Shown here: piece by piece, positions 1 to 12,690 of the stretch
Numbering within the stretch: the stretch's first letter is position 1
How the letters are laid out: each line of letters opens with the position of its first letter
Assembly: GCF_963921235.1 (NCBI RefSeq)
Contig: NC_086108.1
Span: 58,592,001-58,656,000, forward strand
Direction of reading: 5' to 3'
Length of the DNA stretch: 64,000 bases
DNA from: Mobula hypostoma
Taxonomy: Eukaryota
Notes under the pieces: generated by a model
The model's database searches: none
What the model saw: only the letters and a program-made list of their open reading frames with translations
Told to the model about the DNA's origin: nothing
Translations under genes and position numbers: made by a program

Positions 1-1984
1 GCATGGAAATTCATAATGTCATGAACAATGAGTAATTTTTCAATGCTTTAAAGGTTATTAACTGAAACCAATTTTAAAAATACTGTATATATTTTGCTTT
101 GTTTTTATCAGATTTTATACATAGTATCTAAAGAGAGATTAAAGGTCCTGTCTGCTTAATCTCTTTCATAAGGCAGATCCACCGTATGAGGAATTGATGG
201 ATGAACCAAGATTGTGCTGTTCCCATCACACATTAAACTATTGATCAGGAGACCAGACCTGTACACACTATTCCTGATATAATTTCAACTGGGGTCTGTA
301 TAATTGGAGCCATATATCTTCAATCTGGTGGTAAAGAATGACATACTATCTTATTTTTGTAATTGCTCGGTGTTCATACAAGCTAAATGATTCATGTACA
401 AGGACAGCAGGTCTCTCTCTCAGAGTCAGCATCTTTTAATTAAAAATTTAATTTAATCTTGCCTTTATTTCATATTGTAGTTGATCTCTCATTTTTCACC
501 TGCTGTGTTCTTACCTATTCACATAGCTTGCTGATGTCCCTTTTTAAAGCTTTCTTCATTCTGCTTTAGTCCACAATGTCAATTATTTTATTATGAGCAT
601 ATCTGGAGCCTAAGAACAGATCCCTGTGGTATCTCACTTCCAATCCAAAAACCACATATTTCTATTCCTTTTTTATGCATTACGCAACCTTCAAAGTGCA
701 CCAGAATATCAGCACATAATTCTAATTTTGCTTAATGACTGCTTGCGTAGCACCATTCTGAAAGTCGAAATCTGCCACAATTGGCTTATCTCTACTCTTT
801 CTAGAGTCACACCAGCACTTGGTCCAAGTATTCCCTGATATTCTTGCACATCAGTTGGTGGAGCTCAGCACTAAACTCAACAAATATGTCATAGAGCAAG
901 GTCCCTTGAACTCAAAGTGGTACTGGCATTTTTGAACAATCTTGCTTCTTCGTCTCTACTGTTGACACCAGTGATGCTGAGCTCACTGGTAAATTCAGGA
1001 AAACACCAGGAACTTTAGTCTTTGGCAGGATAGGGCCTGGAGAAAGGCTGAACTGCAACAAATCCTACTTATCGGCCGTGCGTTTTATTTATTCCATTAA
1101 AGTTTTGAAATATGAAAAATCCACACAAAACATATTGAGATACAAACAAGTTCCTTACCAGCTACTTGTCAAACATTGCAAAGGCCGGGTGCCAAACATG
1201 GAAATATTACATCATGTTTCTTTGCCATTCCTGGAGTATTGATTATCAAGAAAGGACTCCATTCTGGTCAGTGTGGAACTCCATGCACAACTCCTATTGT
1301 AAAGCAACCTCAAGCTGGAGCAAGGCTTGGGTTGACAAACAACAGGTGATATTTACTTTGGATTAATGCAGCATCAAAAACACTCAGAGCCCAGCTGCTG
1401 TTGTGCTCCTTTCCTTTCCTGTCCCGATACCTGTAAAGGGTTTCCGCCCAAAACTATAACTGTTTACTCCTCTCCAGAGATGCTCTCTGAGTTCTTCCAG
1501 TACTTAGAGCAAGTTGCATAATTTCTCTGGTAATTTTAGTGTATAATGCAGCCATACCTGTACAATGAAGTTCAGCACCTCAGGAAGGATACCGCATGAT
1601 TATCTCTTGAGATCACTATGACAATAGAATAGTACAGCAGTACATTTTAGTTACTACCCAAATGCATGTCTTCATGGTATGAAAAGACTTCATATTACTT
1701 TCATTGCTTTGTGCCTTAATCCCATGGTCCTTTCCAAGGCTAAGTGTTGTGAGCAGTATATCAAGATGAAGTGACTCCATACAGCTCTCGCAGAGTCACT
1801 AGTGATGGGCAATAAATGTCATGCCAGGCTCAGCCAAATAATACCCTCTAAGAAAGACGGGAGGATCTATTTGCAGGGAAAAGAAATTGGAAGAGTAGGA
1901 AGAGAAAAAGAATAGTGAAAAATATGGGACAGGATAACTGAATTAGACGTTTAGATTACATTGGATTATTGCTCCTTGATTGTT

Positions 1985-2295
1985 CTTGTGCTGGTGGGGA
2001 TTACAAGAGGTTGTGGGCTCAGATCCTCAAAAAGACAGCATCCATCATTCAGGGCCCTCACAATCTGAGATACACCCTCTTCTTGCTACCATCGTCAGGG
2101 AGGAGGTACACGAGCCAGTGATTTGGAAACAGCTTCTTCCCCTACATCAACAGATTTCCGAATGGTCCATGTACATTATCTCAATAAACCTTTTACAAAT
2201 TATTTATTATATAATTTATAATAATTTATGTCTTTGCACTGTACTGCTGCTGCAAAATACCAAATTTTCACAACATAAGACAGTGATAATAAACG
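1985..2295 (+). mobile_element. Rex1/Babar LINE 3' end fragment (decayed)
   Basis: Matches the 3' ends of the other Rex1 copies in the window (ctaccatcgtcagggaggaggtac...aacagcttcttcccc...gtgataataaac). Confidence 0.6.
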
Positions 2296-3299
2296 TAGGC
2301 TTGTATTTTTCGGGTAGTAGTAAACCTTTGCCTTGTGATATAGTTTAGATTATTCCAAGAGAGATTGTGAGGTGACACAGATTTTGCAAAGGGAGGTGAC
2401 CAAACTTGCATTGTACCTGTCTGGAACATTCAGAAGGAAAAAAAAATCAACAATTATGATGGCCAAAAAAAAAACCCCATGAAGGAACTGATAATGCTTT
2501 CTTTGTTTTGGATGTTACAGCAACTATTACCTCTGTTTAATCACATATAATCTATGAAATAAACCAGGTTGCATCTTGTTACATTGAATATTGTCTCAAA
2601 AGTATCTGTCTCTACAAGATGAAGGAGTTACAAGGGAAAGTAACTTTAAATCTACTGCATCCTGGTGATACGCTTAATTAAGAACACATTTGTCTTCTCC
2701 ATGGTAGCACCAAGATGTAAAAATAAACTTCTGGGAAAAGAAACGTGAAATGGGCTCCTGGAAGTAATCAAAGTGTTTCTGAACTTTAAGAGAATGTCTA
2801 AACTACACTCAAAAGTTTATAAATACTTGTTCTTATAATCCAAAGCCCTTATGAACCAAAAATAACATAAAAGCGTTGGCTGTGGGGAAGATTTCGGGTG
2901 AGGGGAAATTCAGAGAATTACGTAGAGAGAATAAGATGAGAGAGCGAGGTTGTGAAATAGGTAATGATAATCAATGTGATGAAGGGATAGTGCATATAAA
3001 CACAAGAGTGACATTAGAATTAGAATGAGAAAAGAGGGAAAAATCTGTAAAAACCAACTCTGACTGCTCTTTATCTGAAAGCAGACAGCATTTATTTCAA
3101 GACAGATGGATCAATGGGATAAAAATATAAAAAAAGTAAGATCTTTGGAGGATAAATCCATGAAATTTACTTGAGATGATTTTTTTAGGTTAGTATGTTG
3201 AGAAATCAACAAGATTAAGTAAAAAAAGCTTAATTTTCCACAAGTACAGAACATTGAAATATACAGTGATCGTTGTTATTTGCATCAAAGACCAACATA

Positions 3300-3500
3300 G
3301 ACAAAGGTTGTGCAGGGGAGACCCAGCAAGTGTCACTGCACTTACATGGCATGCCCACAACTCACTAACCTTAACTGTACATCCTAGGAATGTGGAGGAG
3401 AAACCATGGCACCTGGAGAAAACACACGCAGTCACAGGGAAACATGCAACTCCTTACAGACAGCGGCAGGTATTGAACCTCGATCAGTGATTGTTGGCAC
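3300..3500 (-). mobile_element. V-SINE (HE1-like) fragment
   Basis: Reverse complement of a V-domain-like tract (ggagaaaacacacgcagtcacagggaaacatgcaactcc) next to a B-box-like sequence (attgaacc on +). Confidence 0.6.
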
Positions 3501-3685
3501 AGGATTAGAATCAGGTTTAATATCACTGACATATATCATGAAATTTGCTGTTTTGCAGCAGCAGTACATCACAATACATAATAATAAAAAAAACTATAAG
3601 TTACAAAAGTATATATAAAAAAGATTAAATTAAGTAAGTTGTGTAAAAGGAGAGGGGAAAACAAAAAAAACTATACTGAGATAGT

Positions 3686-3830
3686 AACACACATCAAAGT
3701 TGCTGGTGAATGCATCAGGCCAGGCAGCATCTCTAGGAAGAGGTACAGTCAACGTTTCGGGCCGAGACCCTTCGTCAGGACTAACTGAAAGAAGAGCTAG
3801 TAAGAGATTTGAAAGTGGGAGGGGGAGGGG
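3686..3830 (-). mobile_element. Penelope 3' end (pLTR) fragment
   Basis: Near-identical to the reverse complement of 22980-23126, the 3' end of the Penelope element. Confidence 0.9.
3746..3783 (-). ncRNA. Minimal type I hammerhead ribozyme motif
   Basis: Minus strand reads UAGUC-CUGACGA-A-GGGU(CUCG)GCCC-GAAA-CG-UU-GACUG: intact CUGANGA/GAAA core, stem II and stem I pairing, palindromic ACGU in place of stem III. Confidence 0.75.
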
Positions 3831-4895
3831 AGTGTTCATTCAGAAATCTGGTGGTGGAGGAGAAGAAGCTGTTCCTGAAGTGTTGAGTGTGTGTCTTTGG
3901 GCTCCCGTACCTCCTCTGCGATGGTAACAATGAGAAGAGGACAATGCCCTGGGAGTCATCTTTTTGAGGCATCGCCTTTTGAAAGTGTTATGGATGCTCG
4001 TGAGACTAATGCCAATGATGGAGATGACTGAGTTTACAACTCTCTGCAGCTTTTTCTGGTCCTGTGCCCCTTCACACCAGATGGTGATGCAACCAGTCAC
4101 AATGCACTCCACAATATGTCTGTAGAAATTTGCAAGTGTCTTTGATGACACACCAATTCTCCTCAAATTCCTGATGAAATATAGCTTCTTTCATGCCTTC
4201 TCTGTAATTGCATCAATACATCAGGCTCAGGATAGATCCTCAGAGACGTTCATGCTCACCCTTTCCACTTCTGATCCCTCGACGAGTTCTGGTGTGTGCT
4301 CCATCAGCTTCCCCTTCCTGAAGTCCTCATGCAGTTCCTTGGTCTTACTGAGAAAGAGTGCAAGGTTGTTGCTGTTACACCACTCAGCCAACTCATCTAT
4401 CTCATTCCGTTTGAAATTCTGCCAACAACAGTTGTGTCACCGACAAATTTATAGATGGCTTTTGAGCTGTACCTATCCACACAATTGTGAGTGTAGAGAG
4501 AGTACAGCAGTGAGCTAAGCACGCATCCTTGAGGGCACCAGTGTTGATCGTCAGTGAGAAGGAGATGTTATTTTCTATGCACACAGACTTTGGTCTCCCA
4601 GTGAGGAAGTCAAGGATCTAGTTGCAGAGGGAGGTCCAGAGGTCCAGGTTTCCGGAGCTTATTGACTAGAACTGAGGAAATAATTGTGTTGAACGTTGAG
4701 TTGTAGTCAATTAACAGCAGTCTGACATTGTATTACTATTGTTCAAGCCAATAACTATGATACCATGTCCACAAGGGACAGGGAATTGTAGATCCAGTAT
4801 TATAAAAGGCAATATCAAAGGTTTAATTGAGAGCTGGTAGTAAAAAGAGAAGAACAATCATAGAATTTTATATCAAGAATTAAAGTGATTTAGTT

Positions 4896-5477
4896 CCATT
4901 GCGTTAATCTCTTTTTTAACCAGCAACGCCACCCCACCTCCCCTTCCTTCATGTCTATCCCTCCTGAATATTGAATATCCCTGAATGTTGAGCTCCCATC
5001 CCTGGTCACCCTGGAGCCATGTCTCTGTGATCCCAACTATATCATAATCATTAATAACAATCTGCACTTTCAATTCATCCACCTTATTCCGAATGCTCCT
5101 TGCATTGACACATAAAGCCTTCAGGCGCTCTTTTACAACTCTCTTAGCCCTTTTTAATGCTTGCCCTGGATTTGTCGGCCTGCCACTTTTACTTTTCCCC
5201 TTTGTACTTTTTGCTTCTACGCTCACTTTACACCCCTCTGTCTCTCTGCACTGGTTCCCATCCCTCTGTTGTGAACTAACCTCCTCACACCTAGCCTCTT
5301 TAATTTGATTCCCACCCCCCAACCATTCTAGTTTAAAGTCACCTCAGTAGCCCGCGCTAATCTCCCTGCCAGGATATTGGTCCCCCTAGGATTTAAGTGT
5401 AACCCGTCCTTTTTGTACAGGTCACGCCTGCACCAATAGAGGTCCCAATGATCCAAAAACTTGAATCCCTGCCCCCT
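4896..5477 (-). mobile_element. Inverted 5' segment of a young CR1 LINE: end of ORF1 (SGNH esterase) and start of ORF2 (APE endonuclease)
   Basis: GFKFLDHWDLY...DGLHLNPRGTNILAGRLARATEVTLN* is followed by LCVNARSIRNK...DIVGITETWL...GYSIFRRDR...GGGVALLVK. Confidence 0.92.
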
Positions 5478-5481
5478 AAAT

Positions 5482-7985
5482 AAAACGCTGGTGGGAGTTG
5501 TGTACAGGCCACCTAACAGTAGTAGTGAGGTCGGAGATGGTATTAAACAGGAAATTAGAAATGTGTGCAATAAAGGAACAGCAGTTATAATGGGTGACTT
5601 CAATCTACATGTAGACTGGGTGAACCAAATTGGTAAAGGTGCTGAGGAAGAGGATTTCTTGGAATGTATGCGGGATGGTTTTTTGAACCAACATGTCGAG
5701 GAACCGACAAGAGAGCAGGCTATTCTGGACTGGGTTTTGAGCAATGAGGAAGGGTTAATTAGCGATCTTGTCGTGAGAGGCCCCTTGGGTAAGAGTGACC
5801 ATAATATGGTGGAATTCTTCATTAACATGGAGAGTGACATAGTTAATTCAGAAACAAAGGTTCTGAACTTAAAGAGGGGTAACTTTGAAGGTATGAGTCG
5901 TGAATTAGCTAAGATAGACTGGCAAATGACACTTAAAGGATTGACGGTGGATATGCAATGGCAGGCATTTAAAGGTTGCATGGATGAACTACAACAATTG
6001 TTCATCCCAGTTTGGCAAAAGAATAAATCAAGGAAGGTAGTGCACCCGTGGCTGACAAGAGAAATTAGGGATAGTATCAATTCCAAAGAAGTAGCATACA
6101 AATTAGCCAGAGAAAGTGGCTCACCTGAGGACTGGGAGAAATTCAGAGTTCAGCAGAGGAGGACAAAGGGCTTAATTAGGAAGGGGAAAAAAGATTATGA
6201 GAGAAAACTGGCAGAGAACATAAAAACGGACTGTAAAAGCTTTTATAGATATGTAAAAAGGAAAAGACTGATAAAGACAAATGTAGGTCCCCTGCAGACA
6301 GAAACAGGTGAATTGATTATGGGGAGCAAGGACATGGCAGACCAATTGAATAATTACTTTGGTTCTGTCTTCACTAAGGAGGACATAAATAATCTTCCAG
6401 AAATAGTAAGGGACAGAGGGTCCAGTGAGATGGAGGAACTGAGTGAAATACATGTTAGTAGGGAAGTGGTGTTAGGTAAATTGAAGGGATTGAAGGCAGA
6501 TAAATCCCCAGGGCCAGATGCTCTGCATCCCAGAGTGCTTAAGGAAGTAGCCCAAGAAATAGTGGATGCATTAGTGATAATTTTTCAAAACTCGTTAGAT
6601 TCTGGACTAGTTCCTGAGGATTGGAGGGTGGCTAATGTAACCCCACTTTTTAAAAAAGGAGGGAGAGAGAAACCGGGGAATTATAGGCCGGTTAGCCTAA
6701 CGTCGGTGGTGGGGAAACTGCTGGAGTCAGTTATCAAGGATGTGATAACAGCACATTTGGAAAGCGGTGAAATGATCGGACAAAGTCAGCATGGATTTGT
6801 GAAAGGAAAATCATGTCTGACGAATCTCATAGAATTTTTTGAGGATGTAACTAGTAGAGTGGATAGGGGAGAACCAGTGGATGTGGTATATTTGGATTTT
6901 CAAAAGGCTTTTGACAAGGTCCCACACAGGAGATTAGTGTGCAAACTTAAAGCACACGGTATTGGGGGTAAGGTATTGGTGTGGGTGGAGAATTGGTTAG
7001 CAGACAGGAAGCAAAGAGTGGGAATAAACGGGACCTTTTCAGAATGGCAGGCGGTGACTAGTGGGGTACCGCAAGGCTCAGTGCTGGGACCCCAGTTGTT
7101 TACAATATATATTAATGACTTGGATGAGGGAATTAAATGCAGCATCTCCAAGTTTGCGGATGACACGAAGCTGGGTGGCAGTGTTAGCAGTGAGGAGGAT
7201 GCTAAGAGGATGCAGGGTGACTTGGATAGGTTGGGTGAGTGGGCAAACTCATGGCAGATGCAATTTAATGTGGATAAATGTGAAGTTATCCACTTTGGTG
7301 GCAAAAATAGGAAAACAGATTATTATCTGAATGGTGGCCGATTAGGAAAAGGGGAGGTGCAATGAGACCTGGGTGTCATTATACACCAGTCATTGAAAGT
7401 GGGCATGCAGGTACAGCAGGCGGTGAAAAAGGCGAACGGTATGCTGGCATTTATAGCGAGAGGATTCGAGTACAGGAGCAGGGAGGTACTACTGCAGTTG
7501 TACAAGGCCTTGGTGAGACCACACCTGGAGTATTGTGTGCAGTTTTGGTCCCCTAATCTGAGGAAAGACATCTTTGCCATAGAGGGAGTACAAAGAAGGT
7601 TCACCAGATTGATTCCTGGGATGGCAGGTCTTTCATATGAAGAAAGACTGGATGAACTGGGCTTGTACCGTTGGAATTTAGAAGATTGAGGGGGGATCTG
7701 ATTGAAACGTATAAGATCCTAAAGGGATTGGACGGGCTAGATGCGGGAAGATTGTTCCCGATGTTGGGGAGGTCCAGAACGAGGGGTCACAGTTTGAGGA
7801 TAGAGGGGAAGCCTTTTAGGACCGAGATTAGGAAAAACTTCTTCACACAGAGAGTGGTGAATCTGTGGAATTCTCTGCCACAGCAAACTGTTGAGGCCAG
7901 TTCATTGGCTATGTTTAAGAGGAAGTTAGATATGGCCCTTGTGGCTACAGGGGTCAGGGGGTATGGAGGGAAGGCTGGGTTCTGA
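5482..7985 (+). pseudogene. CR1 ORF2 (endonuclease-reverse transcriptase) with only two visible lesions
   Basis: Open from 5482 to 7362. TGA at 7363-7365 in the VQ*DLGV context (likely CGA>TGA). The same frame continues to a 1-bp frameshift near 7668, and the last part ends at 7985. Confidence 0.9.
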
Positions 7986-8076
7986 GTTGGATGATCAGCC
8001 ATGACCATAATAAATGGCGGTGCAGGCTCGAAGGGCCGAATGGCCTACTCCTGCACCTATTTTCTATGTTTCTATG
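5482..8076 (+). mobile_element. Young CR1 LINE, non-inverted segment: ORF2, 3' UTR and (tttctatg)2 tail
   Basis: Endonuclease motifs (VYRPP, MGDFN, SDHN), RT motifs (YRPVSLTS, LDFQKAFDKVPH, GVPQGSVLGP, FADD), and a CR1-type 8-bp terminal repeat at 8061-8076. Confidence 0.95.
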
Positions 8077-9175
8077 AATCTAAGGGATGAATTCTGAAAT
8101 GTTAACTTAGATTGGGGGAATATTAAGCTGGTGTGACAATGGATGACCAGCGACTAACCGCTGAAGAATGAATATATGGCTAAAACAATTTTATACTCCT
8201 TTAAGGCACAAAAATTAAACAGGGAAAATGTCTGACCAAGGCTAACAAAAGAAGTTAAAGAAAGGATCAGCAGTAGACTGGGGATGGAAAAAACATTCAG
8301 AATTCAGTGAAAGATCACCAAGATCTTGATAAGCAAAGAGGAAGTAGAATACAAAAGTAATCAATCAAAAACAGACAAAAACAAAATGGAAAAGCTAAGT
8401 GTTTTATTTAGATGTCATTAGACTGAGAGGCATTGCCATTCTGAGGGATGTGGCTGTCCTTGAACAAAAGAAACACTGTAAATGTTTACCAGCAGGTACA
8501 GCAAGCACTTAGGAAAGTAAACAGTATTATGGCCCTTGTTGCAAGAAAATTTGAGTGCAAAAGTTAAAACATGATAGTGAAAGCATTAAGGGGCCCAGTG
8601 AGGCTGCAAGTGGAATATTGTGTTCAGGTATTGTCTCCCTGTCTATGAAAGGATACAGTTTTAATATGGTGAGTATATCAAAGTTCACCAGATTGTTTCC
8701 TGGGATGGGAAAGAGAGGGGAAATGAAGGCTTAGTTCTACAAGAGACAAAACAAATTGAGGCTATAATCCCTGGAATTTAGTAGACTGTAATGTGATTGA
8801 ATGAAACATACTGTATAAAATTCTTATAGGGCTCGATAGGGTAGATACTGTGATAATGTTTCCTCTTGTAGGGTATCAACAACCAAGGATTACAGTCTCA
8901 AAATAAAGAGGCAGGTATTCAGAATAGAGATAGGAAGATTTTTCTTTACTCAGAAGGTGGGAAATACTTAGAGTGAACAATGCAAGAGGGCAGAGACTTT
9001 GTTACTGAATATATTCAATACAGAGATGGGCAGAATTGTTTTAAGAAGAAAAATTGTAGGCATAACACATGAAGGGTTACTAAGTTAAAGATTAAACCAT
9101 AATCTTAATGAATGTTAATGCAAACATTGACAGACCAAATGGTCTGCACTTGGTTCTGTTTCTTGTTCTGTGCTC
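8077..9175 (+). mobile_element. Old CR1 LINE, host of the young CR1 (its left part lies at ~4750-4895)
   Basis: Decayed ORF2 C-terminus and 3' UTR. The sequences flanking the young insertion join into a decayed endonuclease segment. Confidence 0.65.
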
Positions 9176-9899
9176 TTAATGACTAGACCTTTCCAAATAA
9201 ATGATAACTTGTATTTCAGAATTGCACATTACCATGTTGGCATCACTCTGACTTACAAAGCTTAAATTTCTGCGGTTCTCAAGGAATAAATTGGAAGATT
9301 CTCAGATGAATCCTTCCAGTGCTTGCTAGAAAATTTGAAGATTACGTGCCATGTGGAGGTTTAATAGCAAGAAAATATTAGTTTTAAGTCATGCTGATGA
9401 CTACGACAAGATCTAGATCCCCAATTAAATCAATGACGTTTATTATTGCCATAACAATACGTCTATCCAGTCCTTTAGTTTGGAAGCAATTACTCTTCAG
9501 TGCAATTGCTCCTAGGGAATGGAGATTCAGCCCAGCATATCTCCTGCTGGCCAAATCCTGCAAAATCTCACAATGATTTCTTGCATTGCAAATGTGATAG
9601 CTTTATGATCAGATTAATAGTGGAATCCAAATAGGTGGTCATTTATCGTGTCACACTGGATTGTAACAGATTTAAAAAATGCAAAGTTTAATTGAAATGC
9701 AGGAAGCTTTTGCTAGGACCAATTGGATTCAGACAGATCTCTTCATAACTATGGGGAAAAAAGGCAAATGAAAGAGCTGAACTGCAGAATTGTATTATGC
9801 ATTCTTGACATCACAAAGGACTTTGGCAGTTAAGAACAAATTTTTTCACTTGCTGGATTCTTGAAAGAATATATTTGTGATTTCTGAAAGTTAGCCACC

Positions 9900-10710
9900 C
9901 CACTCGAGGATCTCAGTGCAGGAGTTCCTTAGGACAGGAGTTCTAAGCACCTTCAGCTTTTCGTTAATGACCTTCCTTCTATCATAGGGTCAGAAATGAC
10001 TGATATTTATACAATGTTCACCTATGAAGCATTCAGGTATGGGCTGATAGCAGTTAACATTCACACAGCGGTCAACAACAGAGATTCTAATAGTCTACTC
10101 TTGGCATTCATCAGGTTACTACTGCAAGGCCTTTTGCCATCAGCAGCCTGGGAATAACCATTAATTAGAAACTTAACGAGATGAACCACAAAAGTACAAT
10201 GACCATGAGAACATTTCAGAGGTTGGGATCACTCCATTCATGAGCAACTCAATTTCTGAGTCTTCAGAGCCTTTTCATTATCTGCAAGGTACATCAGATG
10301 TGTTTAGATATTGTCCAATTGCCTTCAAAGCAGGACCAGCGATACTCAAACTGAACATTGTCCTGCACAATGCACCCCACCTGACTGGTGCACCACGACC
10401 CCAAACACTCAAACTAACAATGTGCACACATTGGGTTTCATTTATGAAATCATTTGTAGTTATCCACCAAGGCTAAAATGACAGGAGCTCTGTGAACACC
10501 ACCTGTTATAAGGATAAGGATAATAGATGAATGAGAATCCCACCATCAGTGAATCAAACAACAGGAATTCCTGAATGAAGAGCATTGTGGAATTATTTCA
10601 CCTGAAGAAAGGTAGCAATTCAGGGGGCTGAACATCACCTTTGAAAAGGGTGATTAGGGAATGGTTATTAATTGCTAGCCTTGAGAGTAGTGCCTACACT
10701 CTGTAAATAG
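9900..10710 (+). mobile_element. Very old CR1/L2-type LINE remnant
   Basis: Decayed GVPQGS-like tract (ggagttccttaggac) and a 3' end resembling the one at ~1800-1840. Confidence 0.45.
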
Positions 10711-11665
10711 AGGTTTATTAAATGGAAGATGAAGTATGAATTTAACATTTTGTAGACACTGCAAACTTTGTTCAGAAACTTTTCTTTACTAATCCCGAAT
10801 CACTAATTTAAAGGAAGTTGCTATGTATAATGATGAATTGTGCCATTTTTTTCTCCCCTTCAGCAACTGTAAAGTAAAAAAATATTCTGAGGTTAAAAAC
10901 AAAGGCTGTAAGGATGATGATAGTGGAAGGGTGGATAGTTTTGAGGAAAATTAATTTTTTAAGACAATTTGCACAACTTCCTTGTGATTTACATGTGACT
11001 ATAAATGCTTTGCATGGGGAGATTTGTATCTGGTTCCCTTCAGCCCCATCTGACAGATCGGCAGCGCTGACAAAGATTGCAGCCTCTGTGAATTAGATGC
11101 TGTAATTGCTAGCCCTGATACAGTTGCTCCACATCAAGGAAACCCCATTGACTTGCACCATTTTACCCTTTCACATACAAACACTGACAGCATGTACATC
11201 AATGACATGTAGTTTACTTCGGCCGTGCTGCTTCCTAAGTAAATGAGATGGGAAAGCAAGGTAAATAGCACCTACTTGTGAATGTGAACATTAGCTTGTG
11301 ATGCTCAAACTGGGAGAAACCACGATAGTAATTTTAATGCAAGAATGTCTCAACTATTTTGTCAAAGTCGAAGTTAAGTTTATTATCATGTGTACAAGTA
11401 CAGGTATGCACAGGTACAATGAAAAGATTTACTTGCAGCAGCATCACAGACACATAACATCAGATAAGCAACATTCACAAGAAAAAGGCAAATTAAACAT
11501 AAATAAGCAGAAATTTTACAATAAAGGACAGAAGTAGAATGAAAATGACCAATTTAGTGATCAATATGATCGTAGCATTGCTAAACCCCAGTAAACAGGT
11601 TTGTGTCAGTTGTTCAAGAACGAATTGGGCTTACATTGACGTTACTGTTAAATGTAGCTCCCCTT

Positions 11666-12690
11666 TAGAACATAGAGCATAGAACATTACACCACAGTAC
11701 AGGCCAGTCAGCTCATGGTGTGATACCAAACTTTTAACCTAATCTAACCCCTCACTCCTACATAACGCTCTATTGTTCTATCATCCTTGTGCCTATCTAA
11801 GAATTTCTTAAATGCCCCTAACATATTTGCCAAACCCACCACCCTGGCAGCACACCCACCACTGTCTGTATAAAGAACTTACCTCTGACGCCCCCCTATA
11901 CTATCTTCCAATCACCTTAAAATTATGCCCCTTTGTATTAGCCATTTATGCTCTGTGATAAAGGTCTACGGCTATAAACTCTACTTATCGTCTTGCACAC
12001 CTTTGTCAAATCACCTCTTATCCTTCTTCACTCCAGAGAGAAAAATCCTAGCTCCCTCAATCTATCTTCATAAGATATGCTCTCTAGTCCAAGCAGAATC
12101 CTGCTAAATCTCCTTTTTATCCCCTCTAAAGCTTCCACATACTTCCTGTAAAAAGGTTACCAAAACAGAGCAGAATATTTCATGTGTGGTCTAACCAGGA
12201 TTTTATAGATCTGCAAAGTTACCTTGTGGCTCTTGAACTCAGTCTGCCAACTAATGAAGGCCAATACATTATACTCCCTACAATCCTATCAACCTACGTG
12301 ACAAATTCGAGGGACCTACAGATGTGGACCCCAAGATCCCTTTGTTCTTCCACAGAATCCTGCCATTAACCTTGCATTCAGCTTTCTAATTTGCCCTTCC
12401 AAAATGAATCACTTTCCACTTCTTCATATTGAACTCTATCTGCCACTTCTCAGCTCAACTGTGCATCCTTTTAATATCCCGTTGCAACCTACAACAACCC
12501 TCCAGAGTATCCACAACTCCACCAACCTTCATGTCATCTGCAGAGTTAATTAACTCACTATTCAACATCCTCATCCAAGTTATTTATAAAAATCACCAAG
12601 TGTAGGGGCTCAGAACAGATCCCTGTGGTCATGACAGAATACTCTCCATCTACTACCCCCAAGCCAATTCTATATCTACATAGACACGTT
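11666..12690 (-). mobile_element. CR1 LINE 3' portion (decayed)
   Basis: tagaacatagagcatagaacat tail on +; antisense RT C-terminal remnants. Confidence 0.75.

Larger units (their letters stand above)
3500..4745 (-). mobile_element. Rex1/Babar LINE, RT C-terminus and 3' UTR, interrupted by a Penelope end fragment
   Basis: ORF 3840-4166 (LANFYRHIVECIVTGCITIW) and ORF 4402-4584 (SLTINTGA) are Rex1-type RT pieces, with frameshifts. Confidence 0.75.

Noticed and set aside
5461..5481. Predicted start (MNPCPLN) of the 634-aa ORF
   Set aside because: It is a TTG within the inverted segment and junction bases, not a real initiation site.
5328..6101. 257-aa minus-strand ORF as a novel gene
   Set aside because: It is a chimera created by the inversion: antisense of CR1 ORF2 fused to the true last ~50 codons of ORF1.
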